Positions 18,833 through 27,514 of a DNA stretch of 64,000 bases are shown here, piece after piece. Position numbers and translations under genes: made by a program. The notes beneath the pieces are model-generated. The model was not told where the DNA came from, did no database searches, and saw nothing but the letters and a program-made list of their open reading frames with translations. The DNA is taken from positions 128,001-192,000 of the forward strand of contig JANNXA010000050.1 in the NCBI GenBank assembly GCA_031409275.1, in the 5' to 3' direction. The stretch is from Planctomycetota bacterium. Its GTDB lineage: Bacteria > Planctomycetota > B15-G4 > SIAN01. Position 1 is the stretch's first letter, and each line of letters opens with the position of its first letter.

Positions 18833-18935
18833 GCGCCGACTGCGGTGATCAGCTGCGAAGGCGCCGTTCGCGTCGCGCCCAACGTCGCTCGGCCGATTCG
18901 GCGCCTTCGTCAGCTGCATCACCGACTTCGTCAGC
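18833..18935. other. Degenerate attC-like hairpin 2
   Basis: cggtgat-cagctg-cgaaggcgccg pairs with cggcgccttcg-T-cagctg-C-atcaccg: 24-bp stem with two extrahelical bases 6 nt apart; R boxes eroded. Confidence 0.6.
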
Positions 18936-19234
18936 GAATGCGCCATCGCGCCACCTGCCCCCTCGCTCAACGCCGGCGTCCCCACCAGCCGTCGCCTCCA
19001 CCGCCTACCGCGCGACGGCGGCGCCGACCAGCGCTCGCACTAACCGCACAGGCCCGGACGCGGCCACCCGCGTTTCCCAAGGAGAACATCAACTCAGCGC
19101 GAGTACCAAGCCGCGATCGGCGCGCCCATCCTGCCGAGCGCACCGGCGGGTTTCGCCGCGCCCCGGCTGTCGAGATCTCGACGGAAATCTTCGGAACGTC
19201 GTGGTGAGGAGCAGAGCTCGCGCCCGTCGTCCGA

Positions 19235-19864
19235 TCAGTCGTCGGCCACCGGCGGATCGACGATGACGGTCACTTGTTCGACGTAAAGGCGGGTGGGCGG
19301 TCGCGGCAGGCTGGCCAGGATCGGGCGACAGCAGTAGGTCGGCACTCCGCGGGAGCGACCCGAATGCCGAACCGCGACCGAACCATCGTCCGACCGCAGA
19401 ACGAACTGGCTCCCGGGATTAGTCGTCGCCGCACTGTCGGCCTCGCGCTCGATCGCCACGCCGCGCAGCAGCACCAGCACGTGATCGTCAGCAACGGGGA
19501 GCGGCGGCTCCGAGAAGTCCGCCACCCGGTCACGCTCGAGGAGCCGCCAGGGCTGCTCGGCCAACAGGGAGATCGCCTCGTGCAGATGCGCCCCCGTAAC
19601 GACGGCGAAGCGGGCGCCATCGAGGTTCTCGAATGCTCCACGCGGCAGGTCGCGCGGCCGGCGCGTGAGCCACGACGAGGGGTCGGCAACTACCGTTGAG
19701 GATGAGACCGCGACCTCGATGCTCCGGCCCGGTTCGGACTCGTTCAAGCAGCCCACGCACGTCACGATTGGGACGATCGTGACCGGTGTGCCCGCACAGG
19801 CGGACAAGACAAACACAGTGGCGACGAGTAGCCGTCGCCGGAGTCCCGCGGGATGTCGAACCAC
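19235..19864 (-). CDS. Orphan putative lipoprotein
   Basis: RRRLLVATVFVLSA-C lipobox-like signal; TAATCT -10-like hexamer at 19878-19883; start uncertain (track start 19942). Confidence 0.55.
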   Translation of the reverse strand: MVRHPAGLRRRLLVATVFVLSACAGTPVTIVPIVTCVGCLNESEPGRSIEVAVSSSTVVADPSSWLTRRPRDLPRGAFENLDGARFAVVTGAHLHEAISLLAEQPWRLLERDRVADFSEPPLPVADDHVLVLLRGVAIEREADSAATTNPGSQFVLRSDDGSVAVRHSGRSRGVPTYCCRPILASLPRPPTRLYVEQVTVIVDPPVADD

Positions 19865-20023
19865 GTCGGATGCACCTAGATTAGTTGCCGCCGGGCGTGT
19901 TCCTGCCCGACGCTTCCGCATCGGCACGGTCGTCGCCGCCACCTGCCCTCTCGCGCAACGCCGGCGTCCCCACCAAACGCCGCTTCACCCCCTCGCGCGA
20001 ACCCGCGGGGCACCACTCCAACC

Positions 20024-20959
20024 TCACTGCCCGAGGAGCTCCCCCTCGCTCTGCGTCAGCTCGCGGTGCAGCGCCTGCAGGCGCGCGGTCAACGGCCCGC
20101 GCTGCCCGTCGCCGATGCGGCGGCCATCGACTTCGCTGACGGGAGCAAGCTCGCCGAGCGTTCCGGTCGTGAACATCTCGTCCGCGGTCCAGATCTCGGT
20201 GAGGCTCAGGTTCTTCTCGAGGCACGGGATCGCGTGCTTCGTGCACAGCTCGAGCACGATGGCGCGCGTGATGCCGGGCAGGCAGGCGTCGGCGAACGGC
20301 GTCAACACGACGCCGCGCCGAACGACGAAGACGTTGGTCGAGTTGGTCTCGGAGACGAAGCCCTGCAGGTCGAGCATGAGCGCTTCGTCGACCCCGGCGA
20401 AGTTCGCCTCGATCTTGGCGAGGATGTTGTTGATCAGGTTGTTGTGGTGGATCTTCGAGTCGACGCACTGCGGCGGATTGCGGCGGATCGCCGCGGTGAT
20501 GAGGCGCTGACCGCGGGCATCGTCGACCGCGACGCCGCGCGTGTCGACGCGCCCCTTCCACTCGGGCAGCACGATGAGCGTCGGCCCGTACTGGTTGTTG
20601 CGCGGGTCCATGCCCGAGGTGACCTTGCGGCCGCGCGTCAAGGTGAGGCGCACGTGAGCGCCGTCGCGCATGCCGTTCCTCGCCAGGCACTCGACGATGG
20701 CGCGCTTCACTTCGTCACGGGTGGGCACGGCGGCGAAGGCCATGGCATGCGCCGACGCCAGCAGCCGATCCAGGTGGCGATCGAGCGCGAAGATGCGGCC
20801 GCCGTAGACGCGCAGCCCCTCCCACACCGCATCGCCGCCCTGCACCACGCTGTCGAAGACGGAGACCTTCGCCTGGTCGCGCGGCAGGAGCTCGCCGCCG
20901 ACATGGACCCAGATCGACTCGTTGCGCGGATCGGGCAGCTTGGGGTTCGCAGGTTTCAC
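20024..20959 (-). CDS. Class IV (branched-chain/D-amino acid type) aminotransferase
   Basis: AKVSVFDS..QGGDAVWEGLRVY, HLDRL, DSKIHHNNL, CLPGITR, ADEMFTTGT. Confidence 0.92.
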   Translation of the reverse strand: MKPANPKLPDPRNESIWVHVGGELLPRDQAKVSVFDSVVQGGDAVWEGLRVYGGRIFALDRHLDRLLASAHAMAFAAVPTRDEVKRAIVECLARNGMRDGAHVRLTLTRGRKVTSGMDPRNNQYGPTLIVLPEWKGRVDTRGVAVDDARGQRLITAAIRRNPPQCVDSKIHHNNLINNILAKIEANFAGVDEALMLDLQGFVSETNSTNVFVVRRGVVLTPFADACLPGITRAIVLELCTKHAIPCLEKNLSLTEIWTADEMFTTGTLGELAPVSEVDGRRIGDGQRGPLTARLQALHRELTQSEGELLGQ

Positions 20960-20981
20960 GGCGGTCCTTTCGATCGAGCGC

Positions 20982-21797
20982 TCAGGAAGCGGGCACGCGC
21001 GCGCGAATCGCGTGCTGCATGAGCCGCGCGTACCAGGGACGACATTCGTCGGCGAGCGGCTTCAGGCTCTCCGGCATCGCCTCCGTCTTCGGGCGCCAAC
21101 GGTCGAATCCCGTCGAGCGCTGAACGTTCTGGTACCAGTGAGGTGCCCAGACGCCGTCGAACGGCCGCGGGCCGGCCGGCCACGCCAGCATCGCTCGATC
21201 GAAGGGCAGCGCGATCCGGCGACAGAGCTCGCCGAGCACCCCTTCCGGGTCGTTCAGCAGCTCCTTGGAATCGAGCACCGGCGGCACCTGGCCGGCCGCA
21301 TGCAATTCGTCCAGCAACTGCGACTGCGACTGGATGCCGACGTCGCGCAACGTCGGCGCCTGGATCTGGTGGCGCAGCGTCAACACCACTTCGGCCGGGT
21401 CGCGGATCAGCAGCACGTTCATCGTCTGGCGCAGGAACCCGCGATCGAGATCGACGAGGTGATGCGCCATGTGCTTCTGGAAATGGAGCGGCCGATCGCA
21501 TGGACCGAAGATGACGTCGCGAACGACGGCCGCGCCATCCTGGTGCTGCGCGCGCAGCACGTCGTTGCGACCGGGGTGGTCGGCACCGCTGACGCGCAAG
21601 TAGTGGGCGTAGAGCGGCTCATCGACGCAGCGCGTATCGCGGCGCTGCCCGAAGGCGTACATGAGCGCCGTCGAGACGTTGCGCGGCCCCGACCAGAGAC
21701 AGAGGCGCCGCACCGCGGACGCTTCGCCCGGCGCGCGAAAGAGCCCTGGTGGCGGCAGGTTGCTGCCCAGTCGATTCGGCCAGGTCGGACCACTCAT
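20982..21797 (-). CDS. Sulfotransferase-like P-loop protein (partner of BCAT-like aminotransferases)
   Basis: LWSGPRNVSTALMYAF, DEPLY, FQKHMAHH, LIRDP, DGVWAPHWY; start uncertain (21797 or 21713). Confidence 0.82.
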   Translation of the reverse strand: MSGPTWPNRLGSNLPPPGLFRAPGEASAVRRLCLWSGPRNVSTALMYAFGQRRDTRCVDEPLYAHYLRVSGADHPGRNDVLRAQHQDGAAVVRDVIFGPCDRPLHFQKHMAHHLVDLDRGFLRQTMNVLLIRDPAEVVLTLRHQIQAPTLRDVGIQSQSQLLDELHAAGQVPPVLDSKELLNDPEGVLGELCRRIALPFDRAMLAWPAGPRPFDGVWAPHWYQNVQRSTGFDRWRPKTEAMPESLKPLADECRPWYARLMQHAIRARVPAS

Positions 21798-21835
21798 CGC
21801 ACGCTCGCTCCGTAGGCGCCGCGCACGACCTGCGG

Positions 21836-22684
21836 TCAGGCGCTGGCGGTCGCGATCGTAGGCGCAAAGAGGCCGCGTGCACGCGTCCCGCAACGCGGGC
21901 AGCGGCGGCCGTCGGCGAGGAAGCTCTGCGGCTGGCCGAAGAAGCGCTCGATCAGGACGACGTCACGGCACACCGGGCAGAAGGTGATCTCGCGATCGCC
22001 GCTCGCCGCTTCGGGAGCGTAGACGTTCTCGAGCCCGGCGCGCTCGCCCGCACGGACGGCCTGGGCGACGACGCTCGTGGCGAGCTGCTTCTGGTGCGCG
22101 ACGAGCTGACGGACGCACCGCAGGTGCCACGGCATCGCGCCATCGATCGCCTTGAGCGAGAGCGCCGTCTCGACGAGGTCGCGGGCGGACGCGTTCCCAT
22201 CGAGCAGCGTGACGACCTCGACCCACACGCCGGCGTGGCGCAGCCGGGCGAGCACTTCTCGCATCGGGTGCGACGCGTCGGCTGAGTCGTTGCGTGCGCG
22301 GAATGGCGCGATCTCGAGGACCACCGCGTCGAGGCTCGGCGCGAACGCGTCGCACTCCGGGACGCTGAGCCGCTCGCCACAGCGCAGCACGGTGGCGAGG
22401 CCCGACTGACGCGCGAACGCGAGCGCTGCGAGGAGCGGCCCGACCGGAGCGCGGGGCCCCTCGTGGGTGAAACCGACCGAAGCGCAACGACCGGTGGCGG
22501 CGAGCGAAGGCAGTGCGTCGAGCGGCCAGGAGGGCCCCTCGATCGCGTCCACGCTGCCGTCATCACCCTCCGCGTGGGCGAGCCCCACCACGAGCGCGCG
22601 GCTGCCGGGCAGAACGTGATAGAGGCCAAGCGATTCGATTGGCCGCGAAGCGACGCCGACCAGCACTGGTTCCTTGTTCGTCAT
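21836..22684 (-). CDS. AmmeMemoRadiSam radical SAM (AmrS)-like protein lacking the CxxxCxxC motif
   Basis: PIESLGLYHVLPGS, VGFTHEGP, GVWVEVVTLL, PWHL, GLENVY, TFCPVC...LIER...CPRCG follow the AmrS layout; no Cys triad after PGS. Confidence 0.65.
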   Translation of the reverse strand: MTNKEPVLVGVASRPIESLGLYHVLPGSRALVVGLAHAEGDDGSVDAIEGPSWPLDALPSLAATGRCASVGFTHEGPRAPVGPLLAALAFARQSGLATVLRCGERLSVPECDAFAPSLDAVVLEIAPFRARNDSADASHPMREVLARLRHAGVWVEVVTLLDGNASARDLVETALSLKAIDGAMPWHLRCVRQLVAHQKQLATSVVAQAVRAGERAGLENVYAPEAASGDREITFCPVCRDVVLIERFFGQPQSFLADGRRCPRCGTRARGLFAPTIATASA

Positions 22685-22793
22685 CCGCGAACCCCCGTCC
22701 GCGACGGAGCGTCGCGCGTCCGCCTCTAGGACGGCTCACGAACGGGGGTAACCCCGGGGCAACCCGGTGAACGAAGGCGCGGCCAGCGACCTC

Positions 22794-24266
22794 TCAGCTG
22801 TTTCCCGCCGCGTTCAGCTTGTCGATCTCCGCTTGGGCGAACGGGAAGCCGGCGGCCTTGGACGCGTCGACCGCCTTCTGCCCGGCCGCCTTCAGTTCGG
22901 CGACGAGCTCCGGCAACCCCGCCAGGTTGTTGGCGGCTTTGATCGCGTTGCTCAACGCCTTGGCGTAGTTGGTGCTGACGGTCGCCCGCTCGCCCTTCGA
23001 GAGTTTCTCGGCCGCGGCTTCGAGGCTGCGGTTGATCTCGGTGATGAACGACTTCGCGTAGCTGGTGCCTTGGCGCAGCTCGAACGCGACCTCCTCATCG
23101 ACGTCCTTCAGGTTCTTGTAGTTGGGGTTGTTGTCGCGGAACTTCTTGCGCAGCGTGTAGGCCTTGCCGTAGTGCTCGAGCTTGCTCTCGAACGTCGCGT
23201 AGATCTCGGTGTCCCACCAGATGTCGGGTCGCGGGAAGGGGTCCGCCGAGTTGTAGCGCCGCTTCAAGGACTCGGCCCACGCGCGCACGGTCCCGGCGTT
23301 GGCGCCGGTCGGGAAGCGCTGGAGGTAGTAGTCGAGGCGCTGCTCGACGAAGTAGCGGGCCGTCGCGGGATCGTTCAGGTAGTCCTTCCCCTTGAACGTC
23401 TTCGACTTCTCGTCGACGTACATCTCGTAGAAGGGCTTCAGGTTGGAGAAGAAGTAGGCGTCCTCCTGACGCTCGTCATGCACTTCGACCGTCTTCGTCT
23501 TCTGGAGCATGATGCGGTCGCGGATGACGGTGGCCGACATGTGGTCGCCACTGCCTTCCTTGACGCCTCGCAGCACGGCGTTCACCTCGGCGAGCGCCTC
23601 ATCCACGTTGTTCTGCGCGGCGAGACTCTCCGCCTTCGCAAGGCGCACCTTGACGTCGTCATCGCTGTTCATCGCCTTGAACAGCAAGAAGATGAGGATG
23701 CCGAGCGAGACGACCGAGATGCCCACCGTCATCATCGGGTTGCGGCCCGACCCGCGGCTCAGCTTGCGTTCGGCGCGCGACGACCCCGATTCGGGCTCCT
23801 CCTCCTCTTCTTCTTCGCGGCTCCGGCGACCGCCGCGCGCCGCGGTCACCCGCGACGGGCGCCGCGCCGAACTGCTCGAGGCCGCACGACTAGGCGCCGG
23901 GCGCGGGGCCGGCGCGGGAGCGGCCGGCGCCGCGGCAACCGGACGCGCGGGAGCGGCGGCCGCAGGGCGCGGGGCCGCGGTGCTACCGCCCGCCTTGAAG
24001 CTGAGCTGAGTCGCGCCGACCTGCACGACGTCGCCGTCGAGCAGTACCTTCTCCTTCACCCTCTGACCATTGACCTGAGTGCCGTCGGGGCTGCCAAGGT
24101 CGATCAACTTCAGGTTGGCGCCGCTCTTCAGGATCTGGCAGTGCTTGGGGGCGCCGCCGGCGACGCGAATCTCGCAATCCTCGGCCGAGCCGATGAAGGT
24201 CACGTCATCGAGGAGCTCGTGACCACGCTCTTTGCCGCTCGCCAGCTTCACCATCAACCAAGCCAT
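22794..24266 (-). CDS. FHA-domain membrane protein
   Basis: N-terminal FHA fold (LIDLGSPDGTQVNG..LLDGDVVQVG), Ala/Pro/Arg linker, poly-Glu, one TM, helical C-terminus; AAGGAG RBS. Confidence 0.85.
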   Translation of the reverse strand: MAWLMVKLASGKERGHELLDDVTFIGSAEDCEIRVAGGAPKHCQILKSGANLKLIDLGSPDGTQVNGQRVKEKVLLDGDVVQVGATQLSFKAGGSTAAPRPAAAAPARPVAAAPAAPAPAPRPAPSRAASSSSARRPSRVTAARGGRRSREEEEEEEPESGSSRAERKLSRGSGRNPMMTVGISVVSLGILIFLLFKAMNSDDDVKVRLAKAESLAAQNNVDEALAEVNAVLRGVKEGSGDHMSATVIRDRIMLQKTKTVEVHDERQEDAYFFSNLKPFYEMYVDEKSKTFKGKDYLNDPATARYFVEQRLDYYLQRFPTGANAGTVRAWAESLKRRYNSADPFPRPDIWWDTEIYATFESKLEHYGKAYTLRKKFRDNNPNYKNLKDVDEEVAFELRQGTSYAKSFITEINRSLEAAAEKLSKGERATVSTNYAKALSNAIKAANNLAGLPELVAELKAAGQKAVDASKAAGFPFAQAEIDKLNAAGNS

Positions 24267-24345
24267 CACGATCTCCTTTGCAGCGGCAGGCGGCGCCGCG
24301 GTTGCGTCCTTGCTCGGAGCCGACAGGGTAGCCCGCTCGCAGCGA

Positions 24346-27300
24346 TCAGTCGCGGATCAGGTTGCCCTTGTACTCGCGGCCGCCGCCGAAGCACTGGGTC
24401 CAATAAGAGCCGCTCTGGCCAGCTCCCATCTCGGTGTGACTTTCGTAGAGCAGGTTGCGGTGGTGGCCGGATGAATGGCACCAGCCGTCAAGCACTTCGA
24501 GCGGCCCGGACGAGCCGACCGCGCAGTTCTCCCCTGCGCCTTGGACGTACCCAGCCTGCTTCATCCGCAGCTCCGGCGAATAGCGCGCGGCGTCGCCCTC
24601 CTCGAAGTGGGAGAGCTGGCCGTTCCTCGCCATCCACTCGCTGTGGCTGTCCGCCGCCTTCCAGAGCTTCTCGTTCAGCGCGAGCACGCGTCGGCCGAGC
24701 ATCACCCGATAGAGGTTGGTCACCCGCACCTGCTCGATCTCCTCGCGCGTCGGCCCGTCGTCGCGCGGAGCGACGCTCCCGTTCAGGATCCACACCTTGG
24801 CGTCGAGGTCGAGTCGCGCTCGCTCGTACTCGTCGAGAGCGAAGTTGCGGACACTCACCGCGCGCGCATGCAGCGGCAGCGACCAGGCCGGTCGCAGCTC
24901 TTGGTCGACCTCGTCGTTGGCCGCGCCAAGGTCGGACAGCATCGCGCGCACCAGCTGAAGCTGCTCGAGCGTCGTGCTGAGCGCCGCCCCGATCGCGACC
25001 TGCAGATCCGGCGGCGGATCGCTCTCCTTGCCCCAGTACGCGCGCACGGCGTCGACGCGCAGGTCGACCTCCTGCTGGACGGCCGGATAGAGCTGCGCAC
25101 GCTCGGGAGAGCAGCCCGGCGGGTGGTAGGGATAGAAGTACTTTTCCTCGTCGAAGATCAGCTCGAGCGCGTGCCGGCGCGCCTCATGCAACGTCACGGC
25201 GCGCTCGTGCAGCTTGGCCAGACGTGGCTGCTCCGGCGCCTTCTCGAAGTCCGCCTTGAGCTTCAGGCGGCGCCCCTTGAGCTCGGCAATCGCGATCGCG
25301 GGTGCCGCCGCCGCGAGCTCTAGGATGCGGCGGCGCACGACGGACGGCTCCTCCCTCCCGCTCAGCGCCGCCGTCAGCGCCACGCGAATCTCGTTGGCCA
25401 GCGACTCGCGCGCCTGCTCCTCCCACGTCAACCAGCGGTCGCCGGTGCGAACGAAGCCGCGCGGCGGGACGCGGTCGAGCCCGCGCTGGAACGCCAGCGC
25501 GGAGTCGATCGAGCCCTGCCACTCCGGATGGTTGCCAACCTTGCTCAGGGCGCCGAAGAAGTCGTCCGTCGCACCGACGGCGAGCGCGAGGAAAGCGCGA
25601 TTCAGCTGCTCTTCCCCCTCGAGCGGCAGTCGGCTGCTGACGCTGAGCAGCGACGCCGCGTCGAGTTCGATGGCGGGAAGCGCCAAGGTCTCGGCGCCGA
25701 CCTGGAGCGACAGGAGGCGTCCGTCGCTGCCGAGGAGCCGCCCCCGACGTCCGTCGCGAAGCTTCACCTCCGCATGGGTCGGCACCTTGGTGGCCAGCAG
25801 CTCCGTCACGCGCGTCGCGAGCTTGAGCGGTCGCGCCGCACGTTCGTGATCGCGCGCGATCTCGCCGCGCGAGTCGCCCAGAGCGGGCGTGTCGAGCGCC
25901 TGTTCGAGCCGCGCGCGCGCCCCTTCGAAGTCGCCGCCGGCCAGCAGCGCGCGCGCCTGCTCTTGCAGGGGGGAGGTCGTGGAGCGGAGGGCAGGCGACG
26001 TCGACGATTCGGCCGCGGCTCCGTCGGCTGCCGCGACCGGCTTGCGGCCGACCAGCGAATCCTCGGTCAGTTCGAGCAGCGAGGTCTTCTTCGGCTCGCT
26101 GCCGGGTTTCTCGCGGTGGTGTTTGCGGCGCGGAAAGGGTCGGTTGTTGCCGAACTTCTTGTCGACGATGTCCTCGATCTCGTCCGCCTTGTCGAGCATC
26201 TCGTACCAGATGTCGGTGCCCTTGAAGGGGCGCATGTTGTCGTCGTCGAACTCGCCGATCGCCACGAGCGCCTGGCCGGCCTCGAGCTGCTCCTTCACTC
26301 GCGCCAGGATCTCCTCGCCGACTTTCCTCGCCGCGCTGTTCACGCGGGTGAAGGCCTCCGCGAGCTGCTTCTTCTCCGCCTCGCTGGTCGCCTCGACGCG
26401 CGAAAGGATGAAGTGAGCCTTGCCGAATTCCTGCTTGGCGAGCCAGCCATTGGCGTCAGACACGCAATTGGCGACGGTCATCTGCGCCGGCAGCGTGATC
26501 CCCTCGAGATCGAGCGCGGTGGCGACGGTCGGCTGCTTGCTGCGGATCTCGAGCTCGTCGACGAGCTTCTGCCCCTGATCCGCCAGCGGTGCGAGGTCGG
26601 AGTTGCGCGCGACGAAGCGGTTGAGGTCGCCGATCGAATCACCGCGCAGGTCGGCCGCGGCGCGACGCCGCAGCACGTCGAGCTCGTTCTTGCCGTCGGC
26701 GTAGCGCTGCTTGCGCAGCTTGATCAGCCGCTCCTGTTCGAGCGCGGCGTCCTTCTCGGGTCCAGCGCCACCACCGATGACCGCGGCGAGCTGGGTGAGC
26801 GCTTCATCGAAGCGGCATTGGCCGTTGAGCTCGATCGCCTTCGCAATCTGTTGCTGATTCAGGAGCGCGCTCGAGCCGCTGTCATCATCGCCGCCGGTGA
26901 ACAGCACGAAGGCCACGATGATCATCCCGATCACCGCCATCACGCCGATCAACGTCCCCGCCGAGGAACTCTTTTGGGTGCGACCGCGCGGAGCGGCCCG
27001 CTCCTCGCGCGGTGCCGGGCGGGCGGCGGGCCGCGCGCGCGCGGCGGACGGCGCCGGCGTCGCCGCGACAGGGGCGGCGGACGCGGGCGGTTCGATGGGC
27101 GCGGAAACGGGCGCGGGCAGGACGGTGATCTGGTAACCGCCGATGCGAAGGACGTCGCCGACGTTGAGCGTGGCGCGGCCGACCGCGCGGTCGTTGAGCA
27201 GCGTCTCGTGGTCGGTTCCGAGGTCGACGACCCGCAGGGCTCCGTCGATCGATTCGACCCGGCACTGCTTCGGCGCGACGTCACCGCCGGGAAGCACGAG

Positions 27301-27399
27301 GTCGCAGTCGATGGCGCTGCCGATGACGAGCGCTGCGTCGGTGACGGGCACGGCACGCCGAGCACCGCTCTTGGTGTCGAATAGCTGCAGTTGGAACAC
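24346..27399 (-). CDS. FHA-TM-helical-CAP/SCP domain protein
   Basis: FHA fold, TM (LIGVMAVIGMIIVAFVLF), C-terminal CAP motifs NLYR..G, HSEWM...SH, GENCA, W.HSSGHHRNLL, YWTQCFG. Confidence 0.85.
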   Translation of the reverse strand: MFQLQLFDTKSGARRAVPVTDAALVIGSAIDCDLVLPGGDVAPKQCRVESIDGALRVVDLGTDHETLLNDRAVGRATLNVGDVLRIGGYQITVLPAPVSAPIEPPASAAPVAATPAPSAARARPAARPAPREERAAPRGRTQKSSSAGTLIGVMAVIGMIIVAFVLFTGGDDDSGSSALLNQQQIAKAIELNGQCRFDEALTQLAAVIGGGAGPEKDAALEQERLIKLRKQRYADGKNELDVLRRRAAADLRGDSIGDLNRFVARNSDLAPLADQGQKLVDELEIRSKQPTVATALDLEGITLPAQMTVANCVSDANGWLAKQEFGKAHFILSRVEATSEAEKKQLAEAFTRVNSAARKVGEEILARVKEQLEAGQALVAIGEFDDDNMRPFKGTDIWYEMLDKADEIEDIVDKKFGNNRPFPRRKHHREKPGSEPKKTSLLELTEDSLVGRKPVAAADGAAAESSTSPALRSTTSPLQEQARALLAGGDFEGARARLEQALDTPALGDSRGEIARDHERAARPLKLATRVTELLATKVPTHAEVKLRDGRRGRLLGSDGRLLSLQVGAETLALPAIELDAASLLSVSSRLPLEGEEQLNRAFLALAVGATDDFFGALSKVGNHPEWQGSIDSALAFQRGLDRVPPRGFVRTGDRWLTWEEQARESLANEIRVALTAALSGREEPSVVRRRILELAAAAPAIAIAELKGRRLKLKADFEKAPEQPRLAKLHERAVTLHEARRHALELIFDEEKYFYPYHPPGCSPERAQLYPAVQQEVDLRVDAVRAYWGKESDPPPDLQVAIGAALSTTLEQLQLVRAMLSDLGAANDEVDQELRPAWSLPLHARAVSVRNFALDEYERARLDLDAKVWILNGSVAPRDDGPTREEIEQVRVTNLYRVMLGRRVLALNEKLWKAADSHSEWMARNGQLSHFEEGDAARYSPELRMKQAGYVQGAGENCAVGSSGPLEVLDGWCHSSGHHRNLLYESHTEMGAGQSGSYWTQCFGGGREYKGNLIRD

Positions 27400-27458
27400 G
27401 ATCGCTCCCGAGCAGCCGCTGCGCGCCGGGGCGTCTGGAGACGGCGGTGGGCGGCACG

Positions 27459-27490
27459 AAAAAGAGGGCGGAGTGTAGCGACGCCCCCTT
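27459..27490 (-). terminator. Putative intrinsic terminator after the sigma-54 activator gene
   Basis: Minus strand agggggcg-(11 nt loop)-cgccctct followed by a T run. Confidence 0.5.
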
Positions 27491-27514
27491 CCTACGGCAG
27501 GTCAGGCGCGCGGG

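Larger units (their letters stand above)
18597..20005 (+). repeat. Family of four degenerate direct repeats (core cgccggcgtccccacca)
   Basis: Copies at about 18597-18654, 18664-18731, 18950-19038 and 19938-20005; 18664-18731 vs 18971-19038 match at 61 of 68 positions. Confidence 0.8.

Noticed and set aside
19040..19210. Faint resemblance to a Tn3 transposase C-terminus (..VS..ENIN..EY)
   Set aside because: Needs multiple frameshifts over a few codons and no Tn3 inverted repeat is visible
18597..20005. CRISPR array interpretation of the repeats
   Set aside because: Repeats are degenerate, of unequal length and irregularly spaced, and no cas genes are present
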